NCBI GenBank assembly: GCA_020184695.1
Contig: JAANOX010000233.1
Location: 192,334 to 256,333, forward strand
Source of the DNA: Histomonas meleagridis 2922-C6/04-290x
Lineage: Eukaryota; Protista; Parabasalia
DNA length: 64,000 nucleotides
Reading direction: 5' to 3'
Shown: piece by piece, positions 9,915 to 21,636 of the stretch
Layout of the letters: each line of letters opens with the position of its first letter
Numbering within the stretch: position 1 is the first letter of the stretch
Program-made: the position numbers and the translations under genes
Notes under the pieces: model-generated
What the model was told of the DNA's origin: nothing
Databases searched by the model: none
What the model saw: the letters and a program-made list of their open reading frames with translations, nothing else

Positions 9915-12900
9915 TTAGACATCTTTTGTTTTTATCTTTAATTTCTCATAGTTCGCCAACACTTTTTCCTTTAGGAACTTCAATGATATTTCCATTCTAA
10001 TTGCCTCGTCCATCAATGGCATTATTATCGAATTTTTTTCGATTTCCACTTGAAACTCTTTTATTTCATCCAAATTATCACTCATTTCGACAGGCATTTC
10101 ATTTTTCATTCTTAGATCCAACCAATTCTTCACCACTTCACCATCTCTAAACATATAACTATATTGTGCCATACAACACAACAAGAGCGCAGGCGGTGCA
10201 CCATAAAACGTATTATCATTTAATGATATTTCCAAGTCGTCAATCAAATTCCAAATATTTGTAATATCTTCGACATGTAAATTCTTAAAAATATGTACAG
10301 GAGACCAAGCGCAACACGCAAACAACGAAGATATTATAGATAAGCAACCACCGACTTCTAAAGAGTATCGTGTTGCTTTTTCAGGTGTGAAATCATCTAA
10401 TGTTAATATTGGTTTCGAATACATTCCAAGTAAAAACAATAAAACGGAAATGATTTCAATGTTATTAAGCATCGAACCAATCGATGTATTTAATATTAGA
10501 TAAGCCGCAAATTGGAAATGATCAACTGACAATTTCCACGAATTAAAATTTTTTGTCAAATGAATTCCACGTAATTCCAATAGAAAATTAAACGCTTCTT
10601 TTATAGTAATATGAAAAAATTGTAACATTCCTAAGTCTTGAAAAGAATCAATTAAATTCCGTATAATATCTGTTTCTTCCATAGATATTAAATCGACATT
10701 TAAAGTTGAAATGAAATCCGATATATGTTTTGTTTCATTTTCTGTATTAGAATTTTCAGTATTCGAATTCTTTTCTTCCATTTGTTCTTTATATATACTA
10801 TTCTTTCTAAAGTCATAAACCATTTTTTCATCGGTATGTAATAATTGAAGGTTACGAATTAATTGGACTGTTTTCTCACTTAGTTCTGATGTGTTTGCAA
10901 AGACAATATCAGTAATGTTTGGTATTTCGATATTAGTTGTAGTTTCTTCGAAATCTTCAAATGATTCGATTAATATTTGGATCTCTTGCCATACCTTAAA
11001 TGAACTATCGAACAAATTTTCATATAATGCAATGTTAATATAATCAATCAAACTCTTTATTTTCTTGTATTTCCGATATTTTGAACATGCTTCAAGGACT
11101 CCGCCAGTCAATTTTTGCCATAACATTATCATCTCCGAAAATGGTATTGGACTATTTTTATCATTTTCATTCATGCTAGAAAAAAAACTTGAACATGAAA
11201 GTGACGTATGAAATCTATTTAATAATCCATGTTGTTCTGTTATTGAACCAATTTTTTGGACTTCATCTGTTGATCCATCAAATTTTAATACTCCATTTAA
11301 TGAACCAGTAGAATCAAAAATTGGACAACAAATTATATTCGTTCCTCCATTTTCATTTTGGTTTTCGATAATTTTTGCTTTCCTAACACATTCGGCTTCT
11401 AAAGAATTACTATTATTTATATTAATAATTTCACATTGTGGAGAAATTACATCAATTAATTCTCCGCGTAATCTATTTATAATATATAAAGTTACTGTAG
11501 AAAACGATGTGTTTTCACGAAAGAATTTTTCCATTTTCGTTATAAGTGTTGTTAAATCAGTCGGCGATTTAATTGCTGCTATTGCACTATTTAAAGCTTT
11601 TGCATGATTAATTCGAGCTTTAGATTTTCTAATAGTTTTCTTAAGCTTTTCATCATGCCAAGCATTATTTAAAAGAGGAAATAAATAATTACAAATAACT
11701 TTAAGTGTTTCTTCATCAATTTTAGGAAATTCGTTTTGATTGTTTTTATTATATAATGCAACTGCCCAACGAACAATTTTATTTTCATCTAAAATTATAC
11801 CAATTAAAAGAGATCTTGTTAAAATATTTGAACCATAACTATCAACTTCATTATAATAATATTCGGATAAATGCGGATTTTTTATGTTCATTGTTATCCC
11901 TTTTGTTATACAATATCCAATGATCCCTTTTGTTATTGGATATTCTTTAAGATTTTGATTAAATGTTATTTCTTGATATATTTTATTCTTATAACTAACT
12001 TTAAAAACTCGGACTGTTTCACAACGAAAACAATCGCTAAAATAAAATTTAACATTTGTAACTATGTCTGATGAATCACATAACGTTAAATATGTATCAA
12101 TTGCATTTTGTAATGCATTTTGTCGTTGGACTTTTTTCTCTTTTTCTTTGATGTTTTGTATTAATTGCGATGTATATTGTGATATTAATGAAATGGTTAA
12201 GTAATCAATTACTTTAAATTCATTCGTTTTATCATAAATCGCAATTAAACCTTCTGTTATATCTTCGATTAAAATTGGTATAAGTAAAACATTTTTGTTC
12301 TCTTGGAAAAGTGTTTTATCAAATTCTGTAACTTCGGAATCTTCCGAATTAATAAAAAGTAATGTTTCGGATTTTAATGAATTTTGGAAAATTCCTTGTT
12401 CAATAGAAAAAATTTGTTTTTTATTATTATGTTCTGTAATTAATTTATCATTATCATATTGATAAAAAACAACACGATTTGCAGAATAAAAATGTGGAAA
12501 AAGTTCTTCAATATTAAAGAATATGTCATGAAATGTTTTGGAGTTAATGAGTGATGAAACTATATCTAAAAACATTGATGTTTTACGAATATCTTTAAAA
12601 AATGTTGTATAAAAATCAAGTTGTTTTTGCGTTGGCCAATTTTCAATTGTATTAAAAAGCATTTCAATAGGAAAATTGTTGTCATAGAGACCTGTAGAAA
12701 TCATTAATGAAATTGGAAATTCAGTAAAAAACTTTTCAAAATCTGTACATTGTTCTACCTCTTTTAGGAGTTTAGAAATCGGATTGGATTCAATATAGTT
12801 TTGATGGAAATTTTGATTAGTTTGGTATTTTATTATATCTTGGGAAATAGTAGTATTTGGTTGAGATATTTTTAAAAGAGGCGCTGGCTTTGCTCTTAAA

Positions 12901-13313
12901 GATGGAAGTGAAGAAGGTAATGATTTAGTATGTAATGAATCTTTGGAATTTAATGAAGACTTTTTGTTTTTAATAAGCGCTCCTTTTAACGTTGTTGCGA
13001 TTATTTTTTGTTCTTCAATTGCCTGGAGAATTTCTTTTTCTTCGCATTTTAATCTTAATATTTGTTGCTTTTTTTTTTCTAGCAATGCCTGAGCTTCTAT
13101 TGCCCTTCTCTGTTCAATTATTTTTGCAAGTGTTGATTCATCTGCTCTTTTGTTTTCAAACTTACTCATGCAATTTGTTCCAGATCCAACGCAACGTATT
13201 AAACGATATGATTGGTAACGTCGTGCACTTTTTAAGACAATTATATTAACAAATATTGACCAGGGATTGAACGGTTGTAAAACGACATTTTGAGAGGTGC
13301 AAATCGTCGTCAT
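9915..13313 (-). CDS. GAF-domain protein with degenerate C-terminal PDEase-like domain
   Basis: 1132-aa ORF. GAF-like motifs (LLIPIL...GLIAIYDK...F; GIIGYC...NIKNPHLSEYY; AVALYNKNNQNEFPKIDEE). C-terminal FNSWKLSVDHFQF aligns by eye to PDE YHNxxHAxDVxQ. Confidence 0.7.
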   Translation of the reverse strand: MTTICTSQNVVLQPFNPWSIFVNIIVLKSARRYQSYRLIRCVGSGTNCMSKFENKRADESTLAKIIEQRRAIEAQALLEKKKQQILRLKCEEKEILQAIEEQKIIATTLKGALIKNKKSSLNSKDSLHTKSLPSSLPSLRAKPAPLLKISQPNTTISQDIIKYQTNQNFHQNYIESNPISKLLKEVEQCTDFEKFFTEFPISLMISTGLYDNNFPIEMLFNTIENWPTQKQLDFYTTFFKDIRKTSMFLDIVSSLINSKTFHDIFFNIEELFPHFYSANRVVFYQYDNDKLITEHNNKKQIFSIEQGIFQNSLKSETLLFINSEDSEVTEFDKTLFQENKNVLLIPILIEDITEGLIAIYDKTNEFKVIDYLTISLISQYTSQLIQNIKEKEKKVQRQNALQNAIDTYLTLCDSSDIVTNVKFYFSDCFRCETVRVFKVSYKNKIYQEITFNQNLKEYPITKGIIGYCITKGITMNIKNPHLSEYYYNEVDSYGSNILTRSLLIGIILDENKIVRWAVALYNKNNQNEFPKIDEETLKVICNYLFPLLNNAWHDEKLKKTIRKSKARINHAKALNSAIAAIKSPTDLTTLITKMEKFFRENTSFSTVTLYIINRLRGELIDVISPQCEIININNSNSLEAECVRKAKIIENQNENGGTNIICCPIFDSTGSLNGVLKFDGSTDEVQKIGSITEQHGLLNRFHTSLSCSSFFSSMNENDKNSPIPFSEMIMLWQKLTGGVLEACSKYRKYKKIKSLIDYINIALYENLFDSSFKVWQEIQILIESFEDFEETTTNIEIPNITDIVFANTSELSEKTVQLIRNLQLLHTDEKMVYDFRKNSIYKEQMEEKNSNTENSNTENETKHISDFISTLNVDLISMEETDIIRNLIDSFQDLGMLQFFHITIKEAFNFLLELRGIHLTKNFNSWKLSVDHFQFAAYLILNTSIGSMLNNIEIISVLLFLLGMYSKPILTLDDFTPEKATRYSLEVGGCLSIISSLFACCAWSPVHIFKNLHVEDITNIWNLIDDLEISLNDNTFYGAPPALLLCCMAQYSYMFRDGEVVKNWLDLRMKNEMPVEMSDNLDEIKEFQVEIEKNSIIMPLMDEAIRMEISLKFLKEKVLANYEKLKIKTKDV

Positions 13314-13602
13314 AAAATCTCATTTTTTTTAGCGGTTAGTAATCCTCGGAATCTATATCAGGATGGTAAGTACCTTATGCGCAATTTGGAGAGTTCAGCA
13401 AACTTTCTTCTATTACTTTCGCAAATAAGAGGTGGCTCCTCCTGAGATGATGACATTGAGCAGAACTCGCACCCCATCGTAGCGGTTTTTTGAATTCAAA
13501 ACGTTTTTTGAATTCAACACACAACGCAAACCGTCGTTATAAAAATGCGATAAGCATTCAATCTGTTCTACCAAATATTAAATAGTTTACATAACATTGA
13601 AT

Positions 13603-15702
13603 TTATTTATTTGGATTGAGCGACTTGATTTGTTTTGAAACGGTTCGAGTAAAGTTATTAAATTCTTCTGTCGTTTTGTTGATCAGCTCCTTTGGCGGTA
13701 CGCAAAATCCTTCGATTCTTGATTCTATCTTATCCCATATATTGGAAGATTCTTTCCCTAAACCTTCTTCAAGTAGCATAACATCCAATAATGCTCTTTG
13801 CGATCCTGCAGCGCTCATTTTCCTTATATTTTTAATACAAAATAATATGCAGCTAGCAATGTTATTGCTTATCTCGCTGTTGCACTTGGTGTACAACTCC
13901 TTCCAAATGCATTTGCATTCAATACATTTGTTGAAAACATGGACAACCCAACCATCAGCTTTGATCTCGATATCATTCGATGACCACATGATGTTTGGTG
14001 ACAAAAAGAATGTCGTTATATAATGATTAATGTCAACCATCAAATCATGAATTAGCTGATCTAAGAGCATTCGTTCAAGAGTACGTCCAACTGCTCGAAG
14101 GTCAGTCATCTGCTCTTTGCTTAAGCAAAAATTGGTTTCTTTAGAACATCTTTCAAATATGATGTCAAGATTACCTTCAGTTATCTCGCGAAGGGTTTGG
14201 ATAATAGGAACGAGCTTAGATTGCTCTCTGTTCTCTTGGTTCATCATACCGATTTCGTGGATGTGATCATAAAATTTATAAATTGGATCAACAATTATCG
14301 ATTGATACTCTTCATTGGAATACAAGTCTCCAATATCCAAGAACCCAAGCAAAAAGTTGGTTAATTTCAAACCAGATGATTCAGTATTTTTGATAATTGT
14401 ATTGATTTGATTTGTAAGATGTTTTCGATACCAATTTAATAAGTTTTGTTGAATACGCTGGATTTGGTTTCGTGCTGTGCTTTGTGTTGATTTATTCCAT
14501 ATTGTATTTGTTCTTCTTATTGCATTGTGCAATTCCACATTAAACGTATCGTCACCGGTTTTTGATTTAATTTCATTCAAAAAGATACGGCTATTTTTAT
14601 CGAAAAAGTCGACCATTTGATAGTGGAGACGATCAATTTGAGCTGAATTTTCTGAGTATTCAATTGGGTTGTAATCGTAATAAAAATCGCATAAAACAGA
14701 CCAAAAAGGCAAAGCATCCTCAAATTGCTGGCAAGAGTAATCAAATGATTTCTTGGAGAAGCTGTCCTCAACTCTATGTTTAATTGAATTAAGCATTTTT
14801 AGGATTGGATTTCCTTCATGTGGAATATCCATAACAAGTTTGCAATGAGATTTGTTAAATGTTTGTAAAGTCATTTGCTCGAGACTGTTTTGGATAGAAT
14901 GGCTAATATTTTTGAGTGATAGTTCAATGGTTTTAAGAACTTTGGCAAATAATGAGATTGATTCTAAATATGGAAATTGTTTGACTTTTTGGGAAATTCG
15001 AATAATTTCGTCAAATTGGTTTGTTTTACGGTAGTTATCGATTTCTGATGAAAATTTGAATAAAAATGAATATGCAGAAATTCTTGATAATAAAGCTGAT
15101 GAATTTGCGGCTTGAAGGGCTTGCTCTTCAACTTCATCGAAAAACTCTTTCATTGTGGCAATTATATTCGAAATATCATTGATTAATTTTGATACTGTAT
15201 CGCTTAGATATTTTTTGACTCTAGCTCGTTCACCGGTTTCTCGGAGATCTTCAAGAGCTTTGACATAGTTGTGAATATTTTCTGCAATTGATAATGTTTG
15301 ATTGCGGAATCTTCCTTCTGTATCAATCTTTAAAGAATCAATAGCCAATGAAATTTGTTCTATACTTTGATCACCGAAAAATTCTTCTGCAAAATCGTCT
15401 GCATCAAAATCTTGAAGACGTAATGAATTAACTACATCTTCAGATAAAATTCGAGCAGACCGAATATTTCTTGATAAATTTCCATATTTAGCCATTGCTA
15501 CTTGCATCTTGTCACCTGATTGATCATCTATGAATTGTTTATCTGGGCTTCCAAAAAAAGAAATTGCATCTTCCCATTTACGTACAGGTGTATCTTCAAG
15601 ATCAGTTGTTGCACCTGGAAAAGTAGCTGACGGCTCGTCATTAAGAAATGTTGGTGGAGGAGGAGCTGGAAAATTTTTTTTCGATCTTGTTACAGATGCC
15701 AT
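13603..15702 (-). CDS. Exocyst Sec5/EXOC2-like (Vps51-family N-terminus) tethering subunit
   Basis: 699-aa helical ORF with N-terminal DFDADDFAEEFF...ISLAIDSLK...ENIHNYV and C-terminal SAAGSQRALLDV; Vps51 not excluded. Confidence 0.55.
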   Translation of the reverse strand: MASVTRSKKNFPAPPPPTFLNDEPSATFPGATTDLEDTPVRKWEDAISFFGSPDKQFIDDQSGDKMQVAMAKYGNLSRNIRSARILSEDVVNSLRLQDFDADDFAEEFFGDQSIEQISLAIDSLKIDTEGRFRNQTLSIAENIHNYVKALEDLRETGERARVKKYLSDTVSKLINDISNIIATMKEFFDEVEEQALQAANSSALLSRISAYSFLFKFSSEIDNYRKTNQFDEIIRISQKVKQFPYLESISLFAKVLKTIELSLKNISHSIQNSLEQMTLQTFNKSHCKLVMDIPHEGNPILKMLNSIKHRVEDSFSKKSFDYSCQQFEDALPFWSVLCDFYYDYNPIEYSENSAQIDRLHYQMVDFFDKNSRIFLNEIKSKTGDDTFNVELHNAIRRTNTIWNKSTQSTARNQIQRIQQNLLNWYRKHLTNQINTIIKNTESSGLKLTNFLLGFLDIGDLYSNEEYQSIIVDPIYKFYDHIHEIGMMNQENREQSKLVPIIQTLREITEGNLDIIFERCSKETNFCLSKEQMTDLRAVGRTLERMLLDQLIHDLMVDINHYITTFFLSPNIMWSSNDIEIKADGWVVHVFNKCIECKCIWKELYTKCNSEISNNIASCILFCIKNIRKMSAAGSQRALLDVMLLEEGLGKESSNIWDKIESRIEGFCVPPKELINKTTEEFNNFTRTVSKQIKSLNPNK

Positions 15703-16114
15703 GTGCTTAAGTTTATCACTTTTTGATTAAACATTTTTGCTGACACTTTTCATTGGAAGAAATGTCCAAAAAAATTGCACAAAAAAGAAATTTTTTAATT
15801 ATGAAGTTGCTCCATGGTTTATTTTGAATATCCATATTGAGGTGATATATTACAATACTTTGTTTCTTTGTATTATGAAAAAATTAATTTTCAAAATCCA
15901 AAAAATTAAATAGCCTCAAAAAGGAGATAAACACAAAAACATTTTTAATCAAATAAGGAGAGTATTTATGACAGTTTCTCCTCTCTGTTTAAAAGAATAC
16001 GTTTATCTTTTTCTTTTCACTAATTCTATCGCACCCCGAAGTTTTGATATATTATTCAATTGTCAGAAAATTTGAATGAAATATTTTGTACGTTAATCCG
16101 CCCCAAATCTATAA

Positions 16115-17014
16115 ATGTCCAGTCAAACAGGAGCACCTGCGCCTGCAAGGCGACAAAAAAGAAGGGATGACTTTAACCTTTGTGAGCTCATTGGTCATGG
16201 CGCATTTGGACAAGTTCTCAGAGTTACTGATAAAGAAACCGGGAAAAATTATGCCATGAAAGTTCTCTCCAAAGCCCACATTGTTAAAGAGAAGAAAATG
16301 AATTATGTTAAAGTTGAACGAGATGTAATGACCAAACTACGTCATCCTAATATTGTCCGTTTATGTCTTACATTCCAAGATCCAGGTAATCTTTACTATG
16401 TCATTGAGTACGCCAAGAATGGCGATCTTCAAAAAGTCCTTAATGAAAAGAAAACACTTAGTATTGAGAATACTAAAATTATCATGGGTCAAGTTTTATT
16501 AGCTCTTGCCCATATGCACCAGCACAGAATCATTCACCGAGACATGAAGCCTGAAAATATTTTACTTGATGAACATAATCGTGTCAAAATCACTGATTTC
16601 GGAACTGCCAAAATGTTTGCTGCTGATGTACCATTTTATGTTGAACGTGGGTCCTTTGTTGGCAGCGGAGATTATGTTTCACCCGAAACTTTGAATGAAA
16701 CTCCAGTTGGTCCATCATCAGATTTGTGGTCATATGGATGTATCTTGTATACACTTCTTGTAGGACAACCTCCATTCCATACAGATTCGATGTACGAGAC
16801 ATTCCAACGGATTCAGAACCTTCAATATGAAATTCCTGAATCTGTTCCAAATGATGCAAAGGACCTCATCAAGAAGTTACTCATAATTGACCCAACAAAA
16901 AGAATCGGACACGGCGAATATGAAAGCAACTACGCACCAATTAGAGAGCATCCATTCTTTAACGGTATTGAATGGGAAAGCCTTCCAACAAAGGAAATAC
17001 CGAACTTAGAGTAA
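16115..17014 (+). CDS. PDK1: PDK1/Pkh-like AGC Ser/Thr kinase, kinase domain only
   Basis: GHGAFG, AMKVLSKAHIVKEKKMNYVKVERDVM, TFQD, HRDMKPEN, DFG, SFVGSGDYVSPE; no PH domain. Confidence 0.85.
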   Translation: MSSQTGAPAPARRQKRRDDFNLCELIGHGAFGQVLRVTDKETGKNYAMKVLSKAHIVKEKKMNYVKVERDVMTKLRHPNIVRLCLTFQDPGNLYYVIEYAKNGDLQKVLNEKKTLSIENTKIIMGQVLLALAHMHQHRIIHRDMKPENILLDEHNRVKITDFGTAKMFAADVPFYVERGSFVGSGDYVSPETLNETPVGPSSDLWSYGCILYTLLVGQPPFHTDSMYETFQRIQNLQYEIPESVPNDAKDLIKKLLIIDPTKRIGHGEYESNYAPIREHPFFNGIEWESLPTKEIPNLE

Positions 17015-17695
17015 GCAAGTAAAATAATTGGCTTCGTAAGAAATTTGTTTGTGTAACTAATTACGTTCGATAATGATATTATTTTGTTTTTATCATGTTT
17101 TACTAAATAAATACAAAAAATGCTGTGAAAACGTGTTGAAATCATTGAATAAATTTCTTATTGATGCAATTGCATTTTGTTAAATTTAGCGAAGAAGTGA
17201 CTTGTTATTGGATATTTTATAAGCACTTATGAAAAATGAAGGGAATTTATGAAAGAAAATTAAGAAATTTTTTTGAAATCTGGATTATTATATTCCAATT
17301 TGAAATAAGTCATATGACTATATGCATGTAATTCAAAAAAAGAACTAAATATATCAATATAAAATATGAACATTTTTCGTTGTTCAATTTTTTGGTTTTT
17401 AAAATCGTGTCGACACTAAAAAATTAATTATTTTTATCAATTCCTTCTGAAGCAAGAAGGAATTTAACAATTTCAAATCTTTAAGTCCGGAAGCGCCTTT
17501 CATCACACCTCTTATAAATTCCCTACAATCAAAAAAAGTGATTTTTCAAGTATACCTAAGTGCTCTCATTATAGATATTATTTTCTCCCCATTACGATCA
17601 TCTCAGCCTCATTAAAGTTGCTGAAAAGTTTTTGCAATTCACATGAAACAAATCACATTCACGGCAACAAATAAATAAATCATAAATTAATTTGT

Positions 17696-19156
17696 TTAGT
17701 GGCGTCTTTCTCTTCGTCTATTATAACTATTATCATGATTATTGTATCTGTTTCTTCTCATTCTTTCTCTTCTTTCATTCCTTCGCTGTTGTCCTCCGTT
17801 CTTCTTCCCCTTCTTAAACGCAGCGGCCTTCTTCTTGCTCCACGACGGTGTTCCTGGTATTTTTCCTGACAATGGGTTTCTTCCCACCAACATTCTGCAC
17901 ATTTTCACGGTGTTAACGCCAGTCTTTTGTGCGCGTATACAATCCTTTAAGTCTTTTCTCTTTTGTCGCGTTTCTTCTTCGTTCGAAGTTTTCCTTTCGT
18001 TAATTTCGGTGTATTTCCCTTTGCATGTCTCGAGAAACATGTCGCAGATCTTAATGATATTATCAATACGTTCGCGGAATTCATTTTGCTTGCTTTCGTC
18101 TTCATTAACTTCATCGGATTCGCCTGGTTGCCCCGTTCGAATGAGGACTGTTCCGATGAGTTTTGACGCGGTTTTACTAAATCGTTGTGAAAGCTTACAA
18201 AAGGCAAATAATGTGGCTTCGATTAAAGAAAGATTAACTTTCTCTTCAATGGTCTTTGGAAATGTTAAGAAAACTTTGTTGTATATCTCAATAAGAAGAT
18301 CTTCACTTTCCACAATACGTGAAATGTCGGCGATTTTTTGCATGACGGCAATCTTCACTTCAATGGGGAGGCTGTCAAACTTAGGCATAACACGAGTTGT
18401 TAATATATCTAATAATTTGGAGGTAGAAGAATCTCCAATTGTATTGGTGAAACGAAGGATTTGGACCATGAGGTTCTTGATAACATCATCAAAGTTGCTT
18501 TGTAATGAGTTATCAAGAAGTTCAAGAAGATTATCAATAAGTGGTTGAAATTGTTCTTCACTGATAAGCTTCTTGTTCTTGCCATAAAGACGAAGACCTT
18601 CAATAACACAGGATTTGAAGGCAACTTGAAGAACTTCAAGTAATTGTGGAACGGTTTCTTCTGTAAATTTGATTTCATCACGAATGAGATCAACCATTTT
18701 ACATTGGGTTTCAGGCGTCTGTTTTTGAAGAGATGAGAAGAAGATATTACGAAATTCTTCATCTGATTCTAAATAACGTTTGACAGCAGGTTGAACATAT
18801 TCAATTATCCTAGTATCTTCATCAGCAAGCCTTTCAAGCAAAACTGATGTTACAGATTGCTTGTCAGTGTCATAGAACTTGATTATTCCTTTCACTGTTG
18901 ATAAACGTACATTTGGATCATCAACTTTTGAAAGATTAACCATAGCAGTGACAGCATTTTTGGTAAGCTTTGGAAACTTTTCGGAATAACGAGGAATGAG
19001 TTGAGCAGAAACACTTTTTACTTGCATATCAGGTGATTCAGCTCCACTAAGTATTTTCTTGAAATCACCTTCATCTGGCGTATCTGTTTTCCCCATTCTT
19101 TCGTTGCAGTCATAAAGCATTTCAGCTGTGATAGCAACTTTCGCCTTTGGTGCCAT
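17696..19156 (-). CDS. API5: Apoptosis inhibitor 5 (API5)-like protein; ATG at 19156 preferred over the upstream in-frame start at 19261
   Basis: N-terminus LYDCNERM...FKKILSG...KSVSAQLIPRYSEKFPKL...AVTAMVNLSKVDDPNVR follows the API5 pattern; basic C-terminal tail. Confidence 0.75.
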   Translation of the reverse strand: MAPKAKVAITAEMLYDCNERMGKTDTPDEGDFKKILSGAESPDMQVKSVSAQLIPRYSEKFPKLTKNAVTAMVNLSKVDDPNVRLSTVKGIIKFYDTDKQSVTSVLLERLADEDTRIIEYVQPAVKRYLESDEEFRNIFFSSLQKQTPETQCKMVDLIRDEIKFTEETVPQLLEVLQVAFKSCVIEGLRLYGKNKKLISEEQFQPLIDNLLELLDNSLQSNFDDVIKNLMVQILRFTNTIGDSSTSKLLDILTTRVMPKFDSLPIEVKIAVMQKIADISRIVESEDLLIEIYNKVFLTFPKTIEEKVNLSLIEATLFAFCKLSQRFSKTASKLIGTVLIRTGQPGESDEVNEDESKQNEFRERIDNIIKICDMFLETCKGKYTEINERKTSNEEETRQKRKDLKDCIRAQKTGVNTVKMCRMLVGRNPLSGKIPGTPSWSKKKAAAFKKGKKNGGQQRRNERRERMRRNRYNNHDNSYNRRRERRH

Positions 19157-19956
19157 TTTTGAGTGGCCTGGTATAACGGTTTTTTCAATACTTGACAAAA
19201 AATTGACTAGCAAAAATTCGTTTGACATTTTTTTGGTAAATGAAATAATTTTTAAAACCATAGCTAGTATGGTTTAATCAAGGGGTCTTAACACATATTA
19301 AATGTTTAAGCGGAAAATTAAATATAAGATTTTTTTTTGATCTTTTTATATTATCGATTTGATAGTATATGAAAATTCAAAGTTATATATGGGATCATTG
19401 TAATGAGAAATATTAAGAGATTAAGATTATGCAACATTATATCCTTTTGATCTGGAATTTTTTTTGATTATTTTTCCTTTTCTTATGTAAAGTATAGAAA
19501 AAAATAATAAACGGAAAAAAAGAAATATTTTTTCCCATCCAAATTTCCACAATCCTAATTTGAAACCAACAAAACAAACCCAACACCAACGTCTTTGCTT
19601 CATTTTTTGAGCGAAGTTTTTGATGATATTTATTTGTATGATAATATCAATCTTAAAAACTTTGATATGTTGATCTATCTAACACAAAAACACTAACTAT
19701 GAATGCTGTTACGTAGGTACATTCATTAGTACTTCAATTATTTTTAATTTATATGTAATATCATTATTTAATAATTTTGTTCCATATATTTTGTTCTTAG
19801 TACGTAAGTCCATAGTTTCCATCTGGGCTTGAAGGATAAAACATTAAAGACACCGATGATCTAATGCGCTCGTCATCGGAACGATAAGTTCGTGTTTTTC
19901 AACGATAAATTAAATTCAGAGAAAACCGATAAACAATTTTCTAGCTCAAAAACATA

Positions 19957-21243
19957 TTGTCCTCTTTTGTTATCTTGCTTATTCGGGATTCTTTTGAATT
20001 CCAGACTTTAAATTATTTTGGAAGTCAAAGCGTTTCAGATAATTCACAGTTAGAAATTTTAGAAATGGAAGAAATAGATTCACCAATTGTATTTATTATA
20101 CAAGACCAAGAACAGCGTGATCAATCAAAACAACAAGATTACCTTACAAAAGAGTTATGCCAAAGCTCAGAATTAGTCGAAAAATATTACACTAATTTTC
20201 TCCAAATTAATGAAAAAATAAATTTTCCAATCATTATCAAAATTTCTAATAAAGGGATTTATCACTTTGGCATATGTGATTGTGATGGTTTCCATGTTCA
20301 TTTTATCAACTATGTAATTCGAAATAAATGGGGATACTTACCATATGGACATTATCCTCTTTTGTATTATTCATGGGTTGAAGTGTTTTTTTATGTTGTT
20401 CTTCTAGTTTTTCTTACCATAAATATTATTTTAAACCGAAAGATCGCCACCAAATTATCATATATAATAATTGGAACCGTTGCATTCAACGTAGCTTCTA
20501 AATCCATCTTCGGAGGGTTTCTTGTCAAAGATAATGTTGACCCATATAACTATTGGCTTGAAATCGCTGCATATGTCTTTCATCCTTTGCACATATTTGT
20601 CACTATATTTTTTTCACTATGTTTAGCCAGTGGACTTTCAATAGTTTACAACAAACTTGACAAGTGTAATTTTATAACAATAATTATTATAAGTCTTTTT
20701 TATGCTGTTTCGGATTTTCTTTGTAATTATTTTACAAATGTGAATTATTCTTTAGCCGTTTTAATTATTTTGTTTGTGGTTTTTGTGATTACATATTTAT
20801 TAGTAATGTGGAAATTTTTATCATTATCATCAAATGCTCTTAATACTCTTTGTATACATTTATCTATGATTGTTTCTTGTGGTATTGATCCGTTAACAAC
20901 ACCATCAGAACGAAAAAGAAAACTTTTAGTTTTTACACGTTGTATTTCATTGTGTTTAATATGTTTACAAGTGTTTTCTACATTATTATATCAAATGAAA
21001 TATATTGTCTTTTATGTGTTATATATTATTTGTTCCGTTTCTACAATGATATTATATGGAGTTTTAACATTTATGTTTAGATTAAGGAAAAATATGACTG
21101 CGAGTTATGGTGACTCTAAATTGGAATATCAACTTACGAACTTGGAAACAAAAGAGTTAAAGGAATGGGAATATGGAATGGAATTACCACCAATGCCTGT
21201 GGAAAATCACCCAATAGATGAAATATTCCCTTCGAAGCCCTAA
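19957..21243 (+). CDS. GPR107/108-like (GOST/lung seven-TM) membrane protein; 5' end unresolved
   Basis: Luminal region ending GIYHFGICDC...NKWGYLPYGHYPLL, then about 7 hydrophobic helices. The ORF starts at TTG; an upstream frameshift or intron is likely. Confidence 0.55.
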   Translation: MSSFVILLIRDSFEFQTLNYFGSQSVSDNSQLEILEMEEIDSPIVFIIQDQEQRDQSKQQDYLTKELCQSSELVEKYYTNFLQINEKINFPIIIKISNKGIYHFGICDCDGFHVHFINYVIRNKWGYLPYGHYPLLYYSWVEVFFYVVLLVFLTINIILNRKIATKLSYIIIGTVAFNVASKSIFGGFLVKDNVDPYNYWLEIAAYVFHPLHIFVTIFFSLCLASGLSIVYNKLDKCNFITIIIISLFYAVSDFLCNYFTNVNYSLAVLIILFVVFVITYLLVMWKFLSLSSNALNTLCIHLSMIVSCGIDPLTTPSERKRKLLVFTRCISLCLICLQVFSTLLYQMKYIVFYVLYIICSVSTMILYGVLTFMFRLRKNMTASYGDSKLEYQLTNLETKELKEWEYGMELPPMPVENHPIDEIFPSKP

Positions 21244-21636
21244 ATAATCAGCTTTTTTATATCAATAAACTGTTTATAATTAATGAATTTTACTTAAAAA
21301 ATTTTTTTTTTGATGATTACAATAATTTTTGGTCAAAAAATTTAAAATGTTTACTTTATATTTTAGTTATGTTTTATCCTTTTTTTTTTTTTAACATTAA
21401 ATCATAGTTTGTAGATAATCAATGATTGTGCCAATTATATTTAACAATATTTTCTACTTTTATAAATGATTTGCAAATGAATTGTTTACTAAATACAGAC
21501 TCAAAATTTAATTATTGAATTTACTTCTTCATAATGTTTTAACCCTTTGTTTTTATACTCGCTTTCACTTCGGAGTGAAGTATTAAAAAGGATTTTAATT
21601 GCAAATGAAATTTCAAACATATTTTATTGAAATGCA

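Noticed and set aside
13485-13518. Paired TTTTTGAATTCAA palindromes upstream of the GAF gene
   Set aside because: Short and AT-rich, so plausible by chance at this base composition; no second occurrence noticed.
17742-18548. 268-aa plus-strand ORF (also 13616-14023, 12992-13249, 33253-33714 and similar)
   Set aside because: Antisense shadows of well-supported genes on the opposite strand, with no recognisable motifs.
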